Source: a bacterium
GTDB lineage: Bacteria > Hydrothermota > 32-111
Direction of reading: 5' to 3'
NCBI GenBank assembly: GCA_050239825.1
Contig: JBFXGO010000001.1
Coordinates: forward strand, 32,001 to 96,000
DNA: 64,000 nt
Both the position numbers and the translations under genes were made by a program. Under the pieces are notes generated by a model. It searched no databases and was not told the DNA's origin. It saw nothing but the letters and a program-made list of their open reading frames with translations. This document shows positions 28,580-36,630 of the stretch, one piece after another. Within the stretch, counting starts at the first letter, position 1, and each line of letters starts with the position of its first letter.

Positions 28580-30359
28580 TAAAAAAATATTAGGAATATC
28601 CGCTCTATACCACGATTCTTCAGTGTGCTACATCGAGGGCAACAGAGTTGTTGCGGCTCTGCAGGAGGAGAGGTTCTCCAGAATAAAGAATGACGACAGA
28701 TTTCCAATTCAATCTCTTGAAATTTTAAGAAAAAGGTACGGCATGAGAGATAATGAGTTGGATGCAGTTGTCTTCTATGACAAACCGTTTTTAAAATTCG
28801 AGAGAATATTGGAGAACCTGATATTTGCCTCTCCGAGGAATTTTGATTTTGCATTTTCAGCAATTCCCTTATGGCTCAAAGAGAAACTTTTTCTCTCAAC
28901 CGAGATAAAACGGCGCATTGCGGGAAAATACAATCTGTTCTATCTTCCGCATCATATTTCGCATGCAGCTTCGGCATTTTATCCCTCAGGATTTGATTCT
29001 GCCGCTTACATGATAAATGACGGAGTGGGTGAATGGGACACGACTTCATTCGGAGTTGCATCTAAGGAGAGGATTGAGCAATTGTATTCGATAGAGTACC
29101 CCCATTCTTTGGGCATGTTTTATTCGGCATTCACATATCTATGCGGATTTGAGGTGAATTCCGGAGAGTACAAGTTGATGGGGCTGGCTCCCTACGGAGA
29201 ACCGAAGTACTCTGAGATAATGAAAAAAGAGTTGATAGACATAAAAGAGGACGGCTCATACGCCCTTAACATGAAATATTTTGAATATCAGTATGGAAAG
29301 AGAATGGCAGGCCGCAGGCTTGAGAATCTTTTTCACACAAGGGCAAGGAAGAAAAATGAAAGAGTGACCGATATTCACGCCGACATAGCCGCATCGGTGC
29401 AGGAAGTAACGGAGGAGATACTTGTCAAAACCGCCAAACACATTGAAAAAATAACAGGCGAGAAAAATTTGGTTATAGCAGGAGGAGTCGGATTAAACTG
29501 CGTTGCGAATTCAAAGATCAAAAGAGAAACGAAATTTCAGAATATATTTATTCAGCCCGCGTCAGGTGATGCGGGAGGGGCAATGGGAGCGGCACTTTAT
29601 ATAGCTTCCATGCTCGGTTCCGAGTTTGACAACCCGCAGGAATATTCATACCTTGGGACCGAGTATTCCGATTCAGAGATAGAGGAGGTTTTAAGGAGGC
29701 TTGAAGCTGTATTTGAGAGAACCGATGATGTGTGTGCCGCGGCGGCGGAAGAGATAGCCGACGGAAAGGTTGTGGGATGGTTTCAGGGGAGGATGGAGTA
29801 CGGTCCGCGCGCATTGGGAAACCGCTCCATTCTCGGAGACGCGCGGAATTCGCTGATGCAGAAGGAAATGAACATGAAGATAAAGTTTCGCGAATCTTTC
29901 AGGCCTTTTGCGCCTGCAGTTGCGGAAGAGAATCATAAAGATTATTTTGAGGAAGATTTCGCCACTCCCTATATGCTGAGCGTTTCAACATTGAGAAAAG
30001 ATTTCAGGAATACAAATTCAAAAATAATCCATGATTTTTCTCTTCTGCAGAAGAGCTTCACACAGCTTCCTGCCGTAGTGCATGCCGATTTTTCATCAAG
30101 AGTCCAGACTGTGAGCGCAAAAAGCAATCCTCTTTTCTATAAACTTATAAAAAAGTTTGAAGACATCACTGGAACTCCCATTGTGATAAATACATCCTTC
30201 AATGTGAGCGGACAGCCTATCGTGGAGAGCCCCGAAGACGCATTTAAGACATTTATAGAGTCAGACATCGACACACTTCTAATGGGAAACTTTAAGCTTG
30301 AGAAAATTAGACAGACCCGTGCGCGCGGAGAATTCAAGATTGAGAGGCATCATGCATAA
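28569..30359 (+). CDS. O-carbamoyltransferase (NodU/CmcH/SxtI family)
   Basis: LGISALYHDS, QEERFSR, HHISHAASAF, GEYKLMGLAPYG, GPRALGNRS and INTSFN motifs. Confidence 0.93.
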   Translation: MKNDKKILGISALYHDSSVCYIEGNRVVAALQEERFSRIKNDDRFPIQSLEILRKRYGMRDNELDAVVFYDKPFLKFERILENLIFASPRNFDFAFSAIPLWLKEKLFLSTEIKRRIAGKYNLFYLPHHISHAASAFYPSGFDSAAYMINDGVGEWDTTSFGVASKERIEQLYSIEYPHSLGMFYSAFTYLCGFEVNSGEYKLMGLAPYGEPKYSEIMKKELIDIKEDGSYALNMKYFEYQYGKRMAGRRLENLFHTRARKKNERVTDIHADIAASVQEVTEEILVKTAKHIEKITGEKNLVIAGGVGLNCVANSKIKRETKFQNIFIQPASGDAGGAMGAALYIASMLGSEFDNPQEYSYLGTEYSDSEIEEVLRRLEAVFERTDDVCAAAAEEIADGKVVGWFQGRMEYGPRALGNRSILGDARNSLMQKEMNMKIKFRESFRPFAPAVAEENHKDYFEEDFATPYMLSVSTLRKDFRNTNSKIIHDFSLLQKSFTQLPAVVHADFSSRVQTVSAKSNPLFYKLIKKFEDITGTPIVINTSFNVSGQPIVESPEDAFKTFIESDIDTLLMGNFKLEKIRQTRARGEFKIERHHA

Positions 30360-30720
30360 AGACAGAAGAGAGAGCGTGGGGATTCTAACCCTGATTTTTG
30401 CATCCTATTTAGTAATGTGGCTTAAGGGGAGAGAAAATCATGTTCTTCTTTTAATCGGCTCTGTGATACTCTTCCTTTGGATATTCTTCCCATTCACTCT
30501 TCGGCCGCTTGCGTTTTTATTCAGGAAGGCAGTCTTCATCCTCACATTTCTCTCGACAGCTCTCATTGTGGCTTTTGTTTATTATATACTCTTCATTCTC
30601 TTCAAACCGCTACTTTATCTTTTTGATAAGAGATTTTACAGAGAGAGGGAGAGAGGATTAACTTCTTATTATGTCAAATCGGATAATGACTGGCAAAAAA
30701 ACATAAAGGACCTATTCTAA
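30352..30720 (+). CDS. SxtJ-like small membrane protein
   Basis: Hydrophobic 122-aa ORF overlapping the carbamoyltransferase stop, in the typical position of the trio. Confidence 0.65.
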   Translation: MHKDRRESVGILTLIFASYLVMWLKGRENHVLLLIGSVILFLWIFFPFTLRPLAFLFRKAVFILTFLSTALIVAFVYYILFILFKPLLYLFDKRFYRERERGLTSYYVKSDNDWQKNIKDLF

Positions 30721-30722
30721 TT

Positions 30723-30881
30723 ATGGAAACTTTAAAACAGATTGCTTCACTCTTCAAATTTTTATTTTCTAAAAAGAAATACTGGCTTGTGCCTCTTATT
30801 GCGGCTCTGCTAATTGTTGCAGTTCTTCTCTTTGTATTTGCAGGGTCAAGCATAACGCCCTTTATATATACAATATTTTAG
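30723..30881 (+). CDS. SxtK/DUF5989-like 52-aa membrane protein (missing from ORF track)
   Basis: METLKQIASLFKFLFSKKKYWLVPLIAALLIVAVLLFVFAGSSITPFIYTIF*, with the KKYWLVP and PFIYTIF signatures. Confidence 0.85.
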   Translation: METLKQIASLFKFLFSKKKYWLVPLIAALLIVAVLLFVFAGSSITPFIYTIF

Positions 30882-30932
30882 TTTTGTCAAATAACTTTCA
30901 ATGCTTTAATTGACAATATTAAAATAAAAGTG

Positions 30933-30960
30933 TTGACAAAAGCAACACGGACTATATAAT
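30933..30960 (+). promoter_or_regulatory. Sigma70-like promoter
   Basis: Perfect TTGACA-N16-TATAAT upstream of the 31039 gene. Confidence 0.6.
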
Positions 30961-31038
30961 TTTCTTAATGGAGAGTGTTGCGGAGGGTAGGACAAGAGGA
31001 TTTGTATTTGAAATAAACCAAACCGGTTTAGAGGAAAT

Positions 31039-31782
31039 ATGAGCGGTAAAAGAGAGTCTCAGCACAAGCGCGAACTGCTTGTGGGAGTTATCAGAAGAAA
31101 ATCTGACTATAAGCTTCTATTTGAAAGAAAATCATACAGAATTCCACTGAGACGTTTGAATCCTATCGGAGTAAAATATGTTGCATTTTATCTTCCATCA
31201 AGAATATTTTCAAATGGTGGAAGAATTGAAATGTACGGTGTTGTTGACAAGCACAGAATATTCAAAAGAAAGTATCTTCCCAATTTTTCAGTGACAGATT
31301 CAGATAGTGAAGAACTGTATATTAATTTCTATTTTAAAAAACTTGTTTTTCTTAAAAATCCTCTTCTAAACAAATCATCAATGAGAGTCTCCTTGAAAAG
31401 AACAGATTTCCGGCTTCTTAGAAAAAAGAAGACTATTGCGGAGCTTTATGATATAAAACCGCTTGAAGAGATAATGGGCGAGACACTTTTAAAATGGGGC
31501 AAGCTCTTCAGAAGAGAGTACACAATAAAAACCAAAGCGAAGAGATACAGGCTGGATTTTGCATTTTTCTGCAGGGATGGAATTTTGGGACTCGAGTGCG
31601 ATTCAGATAGATGGCATTCATCAAAAAATCAAATGATAAAAGACAGGGAGAGAGATATTCTTCTGGAAAAAGCCGGAGTAAGAGTCATACATTTTGATGA
31701 AAATCAATCATTGATGGAGCTTGACAGAGTAACTGAAATTCTTGAAAAGGAGATTGAAAAGCTCGGCGGACTCACTTCTTGA
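31039..31782 (+). CDS. DUF559/Vsr-like PD-(D/E)xK endonuclease with N-terminal PUA/EVE-like domain
   Basis: C-terminal YRLDFA...LECDSDRWH...KDRERD...GVRVIHF; N-terminal LVGVI...YRIP...YVAFY...IEMYG. Confidence 0.7.
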   Translation: MSGKRESQHKRELLVGVIRRKSDYKLLFERKSYRIPLRRLNPIGVKYVAFYLPSRIFSNGGRIEMYGVVDKHRIFKRKYLPNFSVTDSDSEELYINFYFKKLVFLKNPLLNKSSMRVSLKRTDFRLLRKKKTIAELYDIKPLEEIMGETLLKWGKLFRREYTIKTKAKRYRLDFAFFCRDGILGLECDSDRWHSSKNQMIKDRERDILLEKAGVRVIHFDENQSLMELDRVTEILEKEIEKLGGLTS

Positions 31783-32785
31783 TAATATCTTTTCTGTGAA
31801 TAGGTTTAAACTTGTTTATCTTTAATAGAGCCCTTGATCCGATAATGTCAAAATACTCATTTGCCTTTATGCCGAGTTGAGGTCTGAGAAGTATTGTATT
31901 TCCATCAGAGAGTTCCTCATTCTTTTCAATGTTTTGTTTTGAAAAAAGCGACTTTCTTATGAACTGCCTCAGTTCGCTCTCCTTTGGGGTTATCCTCTTC
32001 TTCTCCTCTCCGAGCGCTGCTTCGGCCTCCCTGATATTGTCAACCATAACTCTGAATGACTGCGGATTTAGAGAAAACTTATGGTCGGGGCCGGATAGCG
32101 AGTTGTCGAGAGTAAAGTGCTTTTCAATGACAGAGGCTCCGCTCAAAAATGCCGCCACAGGAGCTATCAGCGAAGTAGTGTGGTCTGAAAATCCTGTCAG
32201 ACAGCGGTATTTTAACCCCATGTATCTGATATATCTTAAATTCAAACTTTTAATGTCAGCCGGATACTCCGAAACGCAGTGCATAAGAATAACCTTCTTG
32301 CTTTCCGATGAGAGAATCTCATAAGCCCTGTCAATTTCCTCCTCGGTTGAAGCTCCGGTGGACATGAGAATCACCTTTTTTGAGAGAGAAACCTTTTTAA
32401 GAAGCTTCAGATTGTTGACCTCTCCTGAGCCTATCTTTATTGCAGGAAGGTTCAAAGTCAGAAGAAAATCCAATGACTCTTCCTCATCGGGAGTGGACAT
32501 GAATATGATGTTATTTTTAACTGCACACTCTTTCAGTTCTTCAAACTGCCCGTATGAGAGTTCACACCTCTTTATCTCATTAAAAAATGAAATTGTCTTC
32601 TGATTCTTTATTATCAGGTTCTCTGCCTTGTATGTCTGGAACTTTATGCAGTCGGCTCCGCTCTCCTTTGCTCTCTTGATAAGCTCCTTTGCCAGCTTCA
32701 TATCTCCGTTGTGGTTTATTCCCGCCTCTGCTATAATGAAGGGCGACTGCTTTGAGATGACGCGATTCTTAATCTTTATTATCAA
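31772..32785 (-). CDS. neuB: N-acetylneuraminate / nonulosonic acid synthase (NeuB family)
   Basis: IIAEAGINHNG, IKFQT, KIGSGE, HCVSEYP, GFSDHT and EKHFTLD motifs, plus a C-terminal SAF domain. Confidence 0.9.
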   Translation of the reverse strand: MIIKIKNRVISKQSPFIIAEAGINHNGDMKLAKELIKRAKESGADCIKFQTYKAENLIIKNQKTISFFNEIKRCELSYGQFEELKECAVKNNIIFMSTPDEEESLDFLLTLNLPAIKIGSGEVNNLKLLKKVSLSKKVILMSTGASTEEEIDRAYEILSSESKKVILMHCVSEYPADIKSLNLRYIRYMGLKYRCLTGFSDHTTSLIAPVAAFLSGASVIEKHFTLDNSLSGPDHKFSLNPQSFRVMVDNIREAEAALGEEKKRITPKESELRQFIRKSLFSKQNIEKNEELSDGNTILLRPQLGIKANEYFDIIGSRALLKINKFKPIHRKDIIKK

Positions 32786-33059
32786 TATACTCCTTTAAAA
32801 CAAGTATAAAGAATTGTCGGATTAAGTAAAGAGGGAATATATAAAATGCTATTAAATATATTTATTTCCATTCCAAGTGATTTTCACCCTATAAAAATCT
32901 TAATTTATACGTGAATTATCTATATGGATATGAATACTTAATTTTAAATTTGATTTTACTATTCTCACATTTTTAATACTGAGATAATAGTTATTCAGAT
33001 ATAATATATTGATTATTCAGAAAAATAGAAAGAATTGAAAAAAACAAAATGGGGGAAGA

Positions 33060-33608
33060 ATGAAAACTGCAAGTGTGATGTTTCTTGTAATCTGTACTTT
33101 GCTTTGGTTGGGAATTTCCGCAGAATTTATTCAGAGAGATGTAACTTTTCAATCCAATTCGCTTACCTTGAAAGATTCTCTAGGTTACATTTATCTTTCT
33201 CTAACCAGTTGTTCAGATATTAAGTTAACTGATGCCATTGGAAAGCCAATAGTGCCGATAAAGACAATTTCAATTTTAGTTCCGTCTGACGCAGAAAATA
33301 CTGAAATAAGTTATCAAGCGATTAAGAGTGAAACTATTCATATTGAAAATATTCCATTTCCAACACAACCGCCTAAACTTACTCTTGAAACAGAAGATAT
33401 TTTTATTGTTCCAGATTCATCAGTTTATTCATCAGGCGAATTGTATCCCGAGAATAATGGTAAAATGGCAAATATCAGTGAGAAAAATGGCTGGAAAGTA
33501 GTGAAGTCGGATGTTTATCCTATCCAATACATAATGGCTGATAGTCTATTAATATTCATCGAGTCAATTAGTTATAGTGTCTCATATTTAAGAGATGGAA
33601 GTATTACG
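33060..33608 (+). pseudogene. Secreted protein with C25 (gingipain-type) propeptide, 5' fragment cut by an IS256 end
   Basis: Signal peptide and GKPIVP...ILVP...YP...VYPIQY propeptide pattern; the ORF runs into the IS terminal repeat and stops at 33644. Confidence 0.7.
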
Positions 33609-33812
33609 GAGACTTGTCAAGGAAGTTGTGTAAAGATGGATTAGTATTCATAGGGGAGTTCTCCAAAGAGATTAACGAAGGATTGGCGGAGGTAATATAA
33701 TTTAGCAATGATTTTAGGGTAACCGTTTTTCCATTTAGGTAACGGATATAAATATTAATGAAGAGGATGTCTTCGGATTGGAAGAATCCGCCCTTTTGCT
33801 ATCGCAAAGTAC
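33609..33812 (-). mobile_element. IS256-family remnant: terminal IR plus transposase C-terminus
   Basis: IR GAGACTTGTCAAGGAAGTTGTGTAAA at 33609-33634. The minus strand reads KGGFFQSEDILFINIYIRY then, frameshifted, KWKNGYPKIIAKLYYLRQSFVNLFGELPYEY*. Confidence 0.8.
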
Positions 33813-33859
33813 GGTGTGAAATATAATCGTGACCATTACAATACTATTATGCGAACTTC

Positions 33860-33888
33860 TTGACAAAGTGGGCGCAGTACAATAAGAT
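33860..33888 (+). promoter_or_regulatory. Sigma70-like promoter of the LVIVD gene
   Basis: TTGACA-N17-TAAGAT; AGGAGG SD before GTG 33958. Confidence 0.5.
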
Positions 33889-33957
33889 TGAAATGATTAA
33901 TAAAAAGGAGATGGTTTTGAAAAAGAAATTAGAAGGAGTATTCATACAGGAGGAATT

Positions 33958-35820
33958 GTGAAAAAAGTTATTTTCATTATCATTATTATTGTTTCAGCAT
34001 TGTTTATTTTTGCTTCAAATGAGAGAGCATTCAGAGAAGAGGATATGCTTCTTGTTAACTTTGAACAACCTGAAGATTACAATCAACCCAATTGGGCGAC
34101 AGATAGTTTGAATGTAAGGGGAGTAGGGAAATATGATACACCGGGTTATGCATTGGGTGTCTATGTTTCAGGAGATTATGCCTATGTTGGTGATTATGAT
34201 TATGGTTTACAGATAATAGATATCTCAAATCCTTCAAGCCCAACCCTTAAAGGTAGCTATGTTACACCGAGTTATGCAAGGGGTGTCTATGTTTCAGGCA
34301 GTTATGCTTATGTTGCTGATGAGGATTCTGGTTTACAGATAATAGATATCTCAAATCCTTCAAGCCCAACCCTTGCAGGGAGCTATGATACACCGGGTTA
34401 TGCTTATGATGTCTATGTTTCAGGCAGTTATGCCTATGTTGCTGATGTTAATTATGGTTTACAGATAATAGATATCTCAAATCCGAAAAGCCCAACCCTT
34501 GCAGGGAGCTATGATACGGATTGTGCATTGGGAGTCTATGTATCAGGCAGTTATGCCTATGTTGCTGATGATGATTGTGGTTTACAGATAATAGATATCT
34601 CAAATCCTTCAAGCCCAACCCTTGCAGGAAGCTATGATACACCGGGTTATGCTTATGATGTCTATGTTTCAGGCAGTTATGCCTATGTTGCTGATGGTAG
34701 TTCTGGTTTACAGATAATAGATATCTCAAATCCGAAAAGCCCAACCCTTGCAGGTAGCTATGATACATCGGGGAGGGCTTATGGTGTCTATGTTTCAGGC
34801 AGTTATGCCTATGTTGCTGATGAGGGTGATGGTTTACAGATAATAGATATCTCAAATCCTTCAAGCCCAACCCTTGCAGGAAGCTATGATACACCGGGTC
34901 GTGCATTGGGTGTCTATATTTCAGGCGATTATGCCTATGTTGCTGATTATAGCGCATTATATATTTTAGAGTTTGTTCCCGACACTACTTTTCCAAGCGC
35001 ATTTAACCTCATCTCACCGATAGGCAATATAACAGATGACACACCCACATACCTATGGAATAAATCTTATGATGATTATTTTTCCAATTACAAACTCTAT
35101 GTAAACGACACATTGAAAGCGACGATAACAGATACGACATGGACTCAACCGGCGGGACTGACAGATGGCCAGTATGTGTGGTATGTAATTGCATCTGACT
35201 CTGCAGGCAACACAACACAATCAACGCAGAGAGATACATTCTATCTTGATGCAGTTTTACCTACACCACCTGTACTTTTGAGCCCTGCGAATGGCACTAA
35301 TGAAACAGTGCTGAACGCACTAATCTGGAGGAAGTCGACAGATGCGTATCCCGGAATAAGCGGATATAAGGTACAGATAGATGAGGACTCACTCTTTGGA
35401 AGCCCGGACAGTGTATTGACAGCTGACACGAGCTATACACCTGTGTTAACGGAGGGGAGATACTATTGGCGTGTGAAGGCGATAAACCTGTTCAGCCATG
35501 AGAGCGAATGGAGTGCGATGTGGAGCTTTGTTTATGACACTAATCCTACAGGAATAGCAGAGAAGTATCTTGATGAGAAGAGGGTAATACCTGATAGGAC
35601 TGAAGTGATAGTGACAATGACTGAGGTCAGATACACGAATACTGCAATGGAGAACATTTTTGCGGTTTATGACATCACGGGCAATGTTATGCATAGCGAA
35701 GTGAACATCAGGACAGGCAAGCACAGCTACTCAACAGAACACCTTTCATCAGGCATATACTTCATAAGATTCAGAGATGGAGAGGCACAGATAAACAGAA
35801 AGATGGTGATAATAAGGTAG
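33958..35820 (+). CDS. Secreted LVIVD-repeat beta-propeller protein with FN3/Ig-like domains and T9SS-type C-terminal tail
   Basis: Signal peptide; YAYVAD...GLQIIDISNP repeats; YYWRVKA; VYDITG...SGIYF...KMVIIR tail. Confidence 0.9.
   Translation: MKKVIFIIIIIVSALFIFASNERAFREEDMLLVNFEQPEDYNQPNWATDSLNVRGVGKYDTPGYALGVYVSGDYAYVGDYDYGLQIIDISNPSSPTLKGSYVTPSYARGVYVSGSYAYVADEDSGLQIIDISNPSSPTLAGSYDTPGYAYDVYVSGSYAYVADVNYGLQIIDISNPKSPTLAGSYDTDCALGVYVSGSYAYVADDDCGLQIIDISNPSSPTLAGSYDTPGYAYDVYVSGSYAYVADGSSGLQIIDISNPKSPTLAGSYDTSGRAYGVYVSGSYAYVADEGDGLQIIDISNPSSPTLAGSYDTPGRALGVYISGDYAYVADYSALYILEFVPDTTFPSAFNLISPIGNITDDTPTYLWNKSYDDYFSNYKLYVNDTLKATITDTTWTQPAGLTDGQYVWYVIASDSAGNTTQSTQRDTFYLDAVLPTPPVLLSPANGTNETVLNALIWRKSTDAYPGISGYKVQIDEDSLFGSPDSVLTADTSYTPVLTEGRYYWRVKAINLFSHESEWSAMWSFVYDTNPTGIAEKYLDEKRVIPDRTEVIVTMTEVRYTNTAMENIFAVYDITGNVMHSEVNIRTGKHSYSTEHLSSGIYFIRFRDGEAQINRKMVIIR
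34132..34947 (+). repeat. Intragenic tandem repeat, 126-bp unit (one 123 bp), 6 full copies plus 1 partial
   Basis: Unit starts at 34132, 34258, 34384, 34510, 34633, 34759 and 34885. Confidence 0.95.
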
Positions 35821-35856
35821 AACGGAAAAAGGTAAAAGAGAAAGCAGTTTTCCCGC

Positions 35857-35896
35857 AGAGGGCGGTTTAAGTTTAAAAGCCGCCCTCTCTCTTTTT
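35857..35896 (+). terminator. Rho-independent terminator after the LVIVD gene
   Basis: AGAGGGCGG/CCGCCCTCT stem followed by CTCTTTTT. Confidence 0.8.
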
Positions 35897-36225
35897 CCCC
35901 CGAGTTGTTCCAAGTTCCCGCTCAATATACCCATTAGCATAATCATCATTGCTTGACAGATATATCTCTCGCTCACTCTTCATAATTCGGTTCAATGTCT
36001 CCCTCCAATAACAACCGCAAAGAACTGTTGCTTAATTCATTAATGTCAGCTATAATATCTTTTGGTAGGGACTCTTTAGGGTTCATTGGGTTCCTCCATG
36101 TAAAAGTTTTTGTTCGCTTTTTGGAGAGAGTCTGCATACTCTCTCCAAACCTCTTTCAGTCTCCTTCTCATTAATCTTATTATATTCCACTTCTATTAAT
36201 TTTACACAACTTTTATTATACTCCC
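35893..36225 (-). mobile_element. IS256-family remnant: left IR plus frameshifted transposase N-terminus
   Basis: IR GGGAGTATAATAAAAGTTGTGTAAA (36225->36201); GGAGG SD and ATG 36086; reads MNPKES...LLE, frameshift, TLNRIMKSEREIYLSSNDDYANGYIERELGTTRGK. Confidence 0.85.
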
Positions 36226-36608
36226 GTATTGAACTGGAGTGCAAGGTCGGCAAGGATACAAGAGTAGCCAGAGTTGAATGCTATGAATATGATGAGGTGG
36301 ACTCAGAAACCTTGACACAGCTTGGTAAAGGGAATAGAATAAAACTTAACGAAGAGAGAGAGAAGGAAGCGGTGAGCAATATTGCGAAGAACGGACTTGT
36401 ATCTTATGAGGTAATGCAGTCAGGAATAGGAGACATCGAAGTGATAGACATAACAGGCAGAGTAGTGCTGAAAGAGACAGAGAAAATAAAGAAGGGAAAG
36501 AATCAGATAAGAGTGTCAACAGAAGGAATAAGCAGTGGGATTTACTTTTACAGATTGAGAAAAGAGGGGACTGAAACAATGAGTGGAAAGATAACAGTAA
36601 TAAAGTAA
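36226..36608 (+). pseudogene. Orphan C-terminal fragment of a secreted protein with T9SS-type tail
   Basis: Frame is open from the IS end (IELECKVGKDTRVARVECYEYDEV...IDITGR...SSGIYFY...KITVIK*); no signal peptide. Confidence 0.7.
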
Positions 36609-36630
36609 AAAGCGACAGACAAAGTAGAGA

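Noticed and set aside
28569..30881. Saxitoxin biosynthesis cluster
   Set aside because: Only the sxtI/J/K-like trio is present; there are no sxtA/G/B-like genes and the context is polysaccharide synthesis.
33774..33790. Independent regulatory hairpin CGGATT-GGAAG-AATCCG
   Set aside because: It lies within the IS256 transposase remnant (GGFFQSE codons on the minus strand).
34132..34947. DGR-type adenine mutagenesis (many variable codons are NNT)
   Set aside because: No reverse transcriptase or template repeat is in the window; several variable codons end in G or A, and T-ending codons dominate the repeat anyway.
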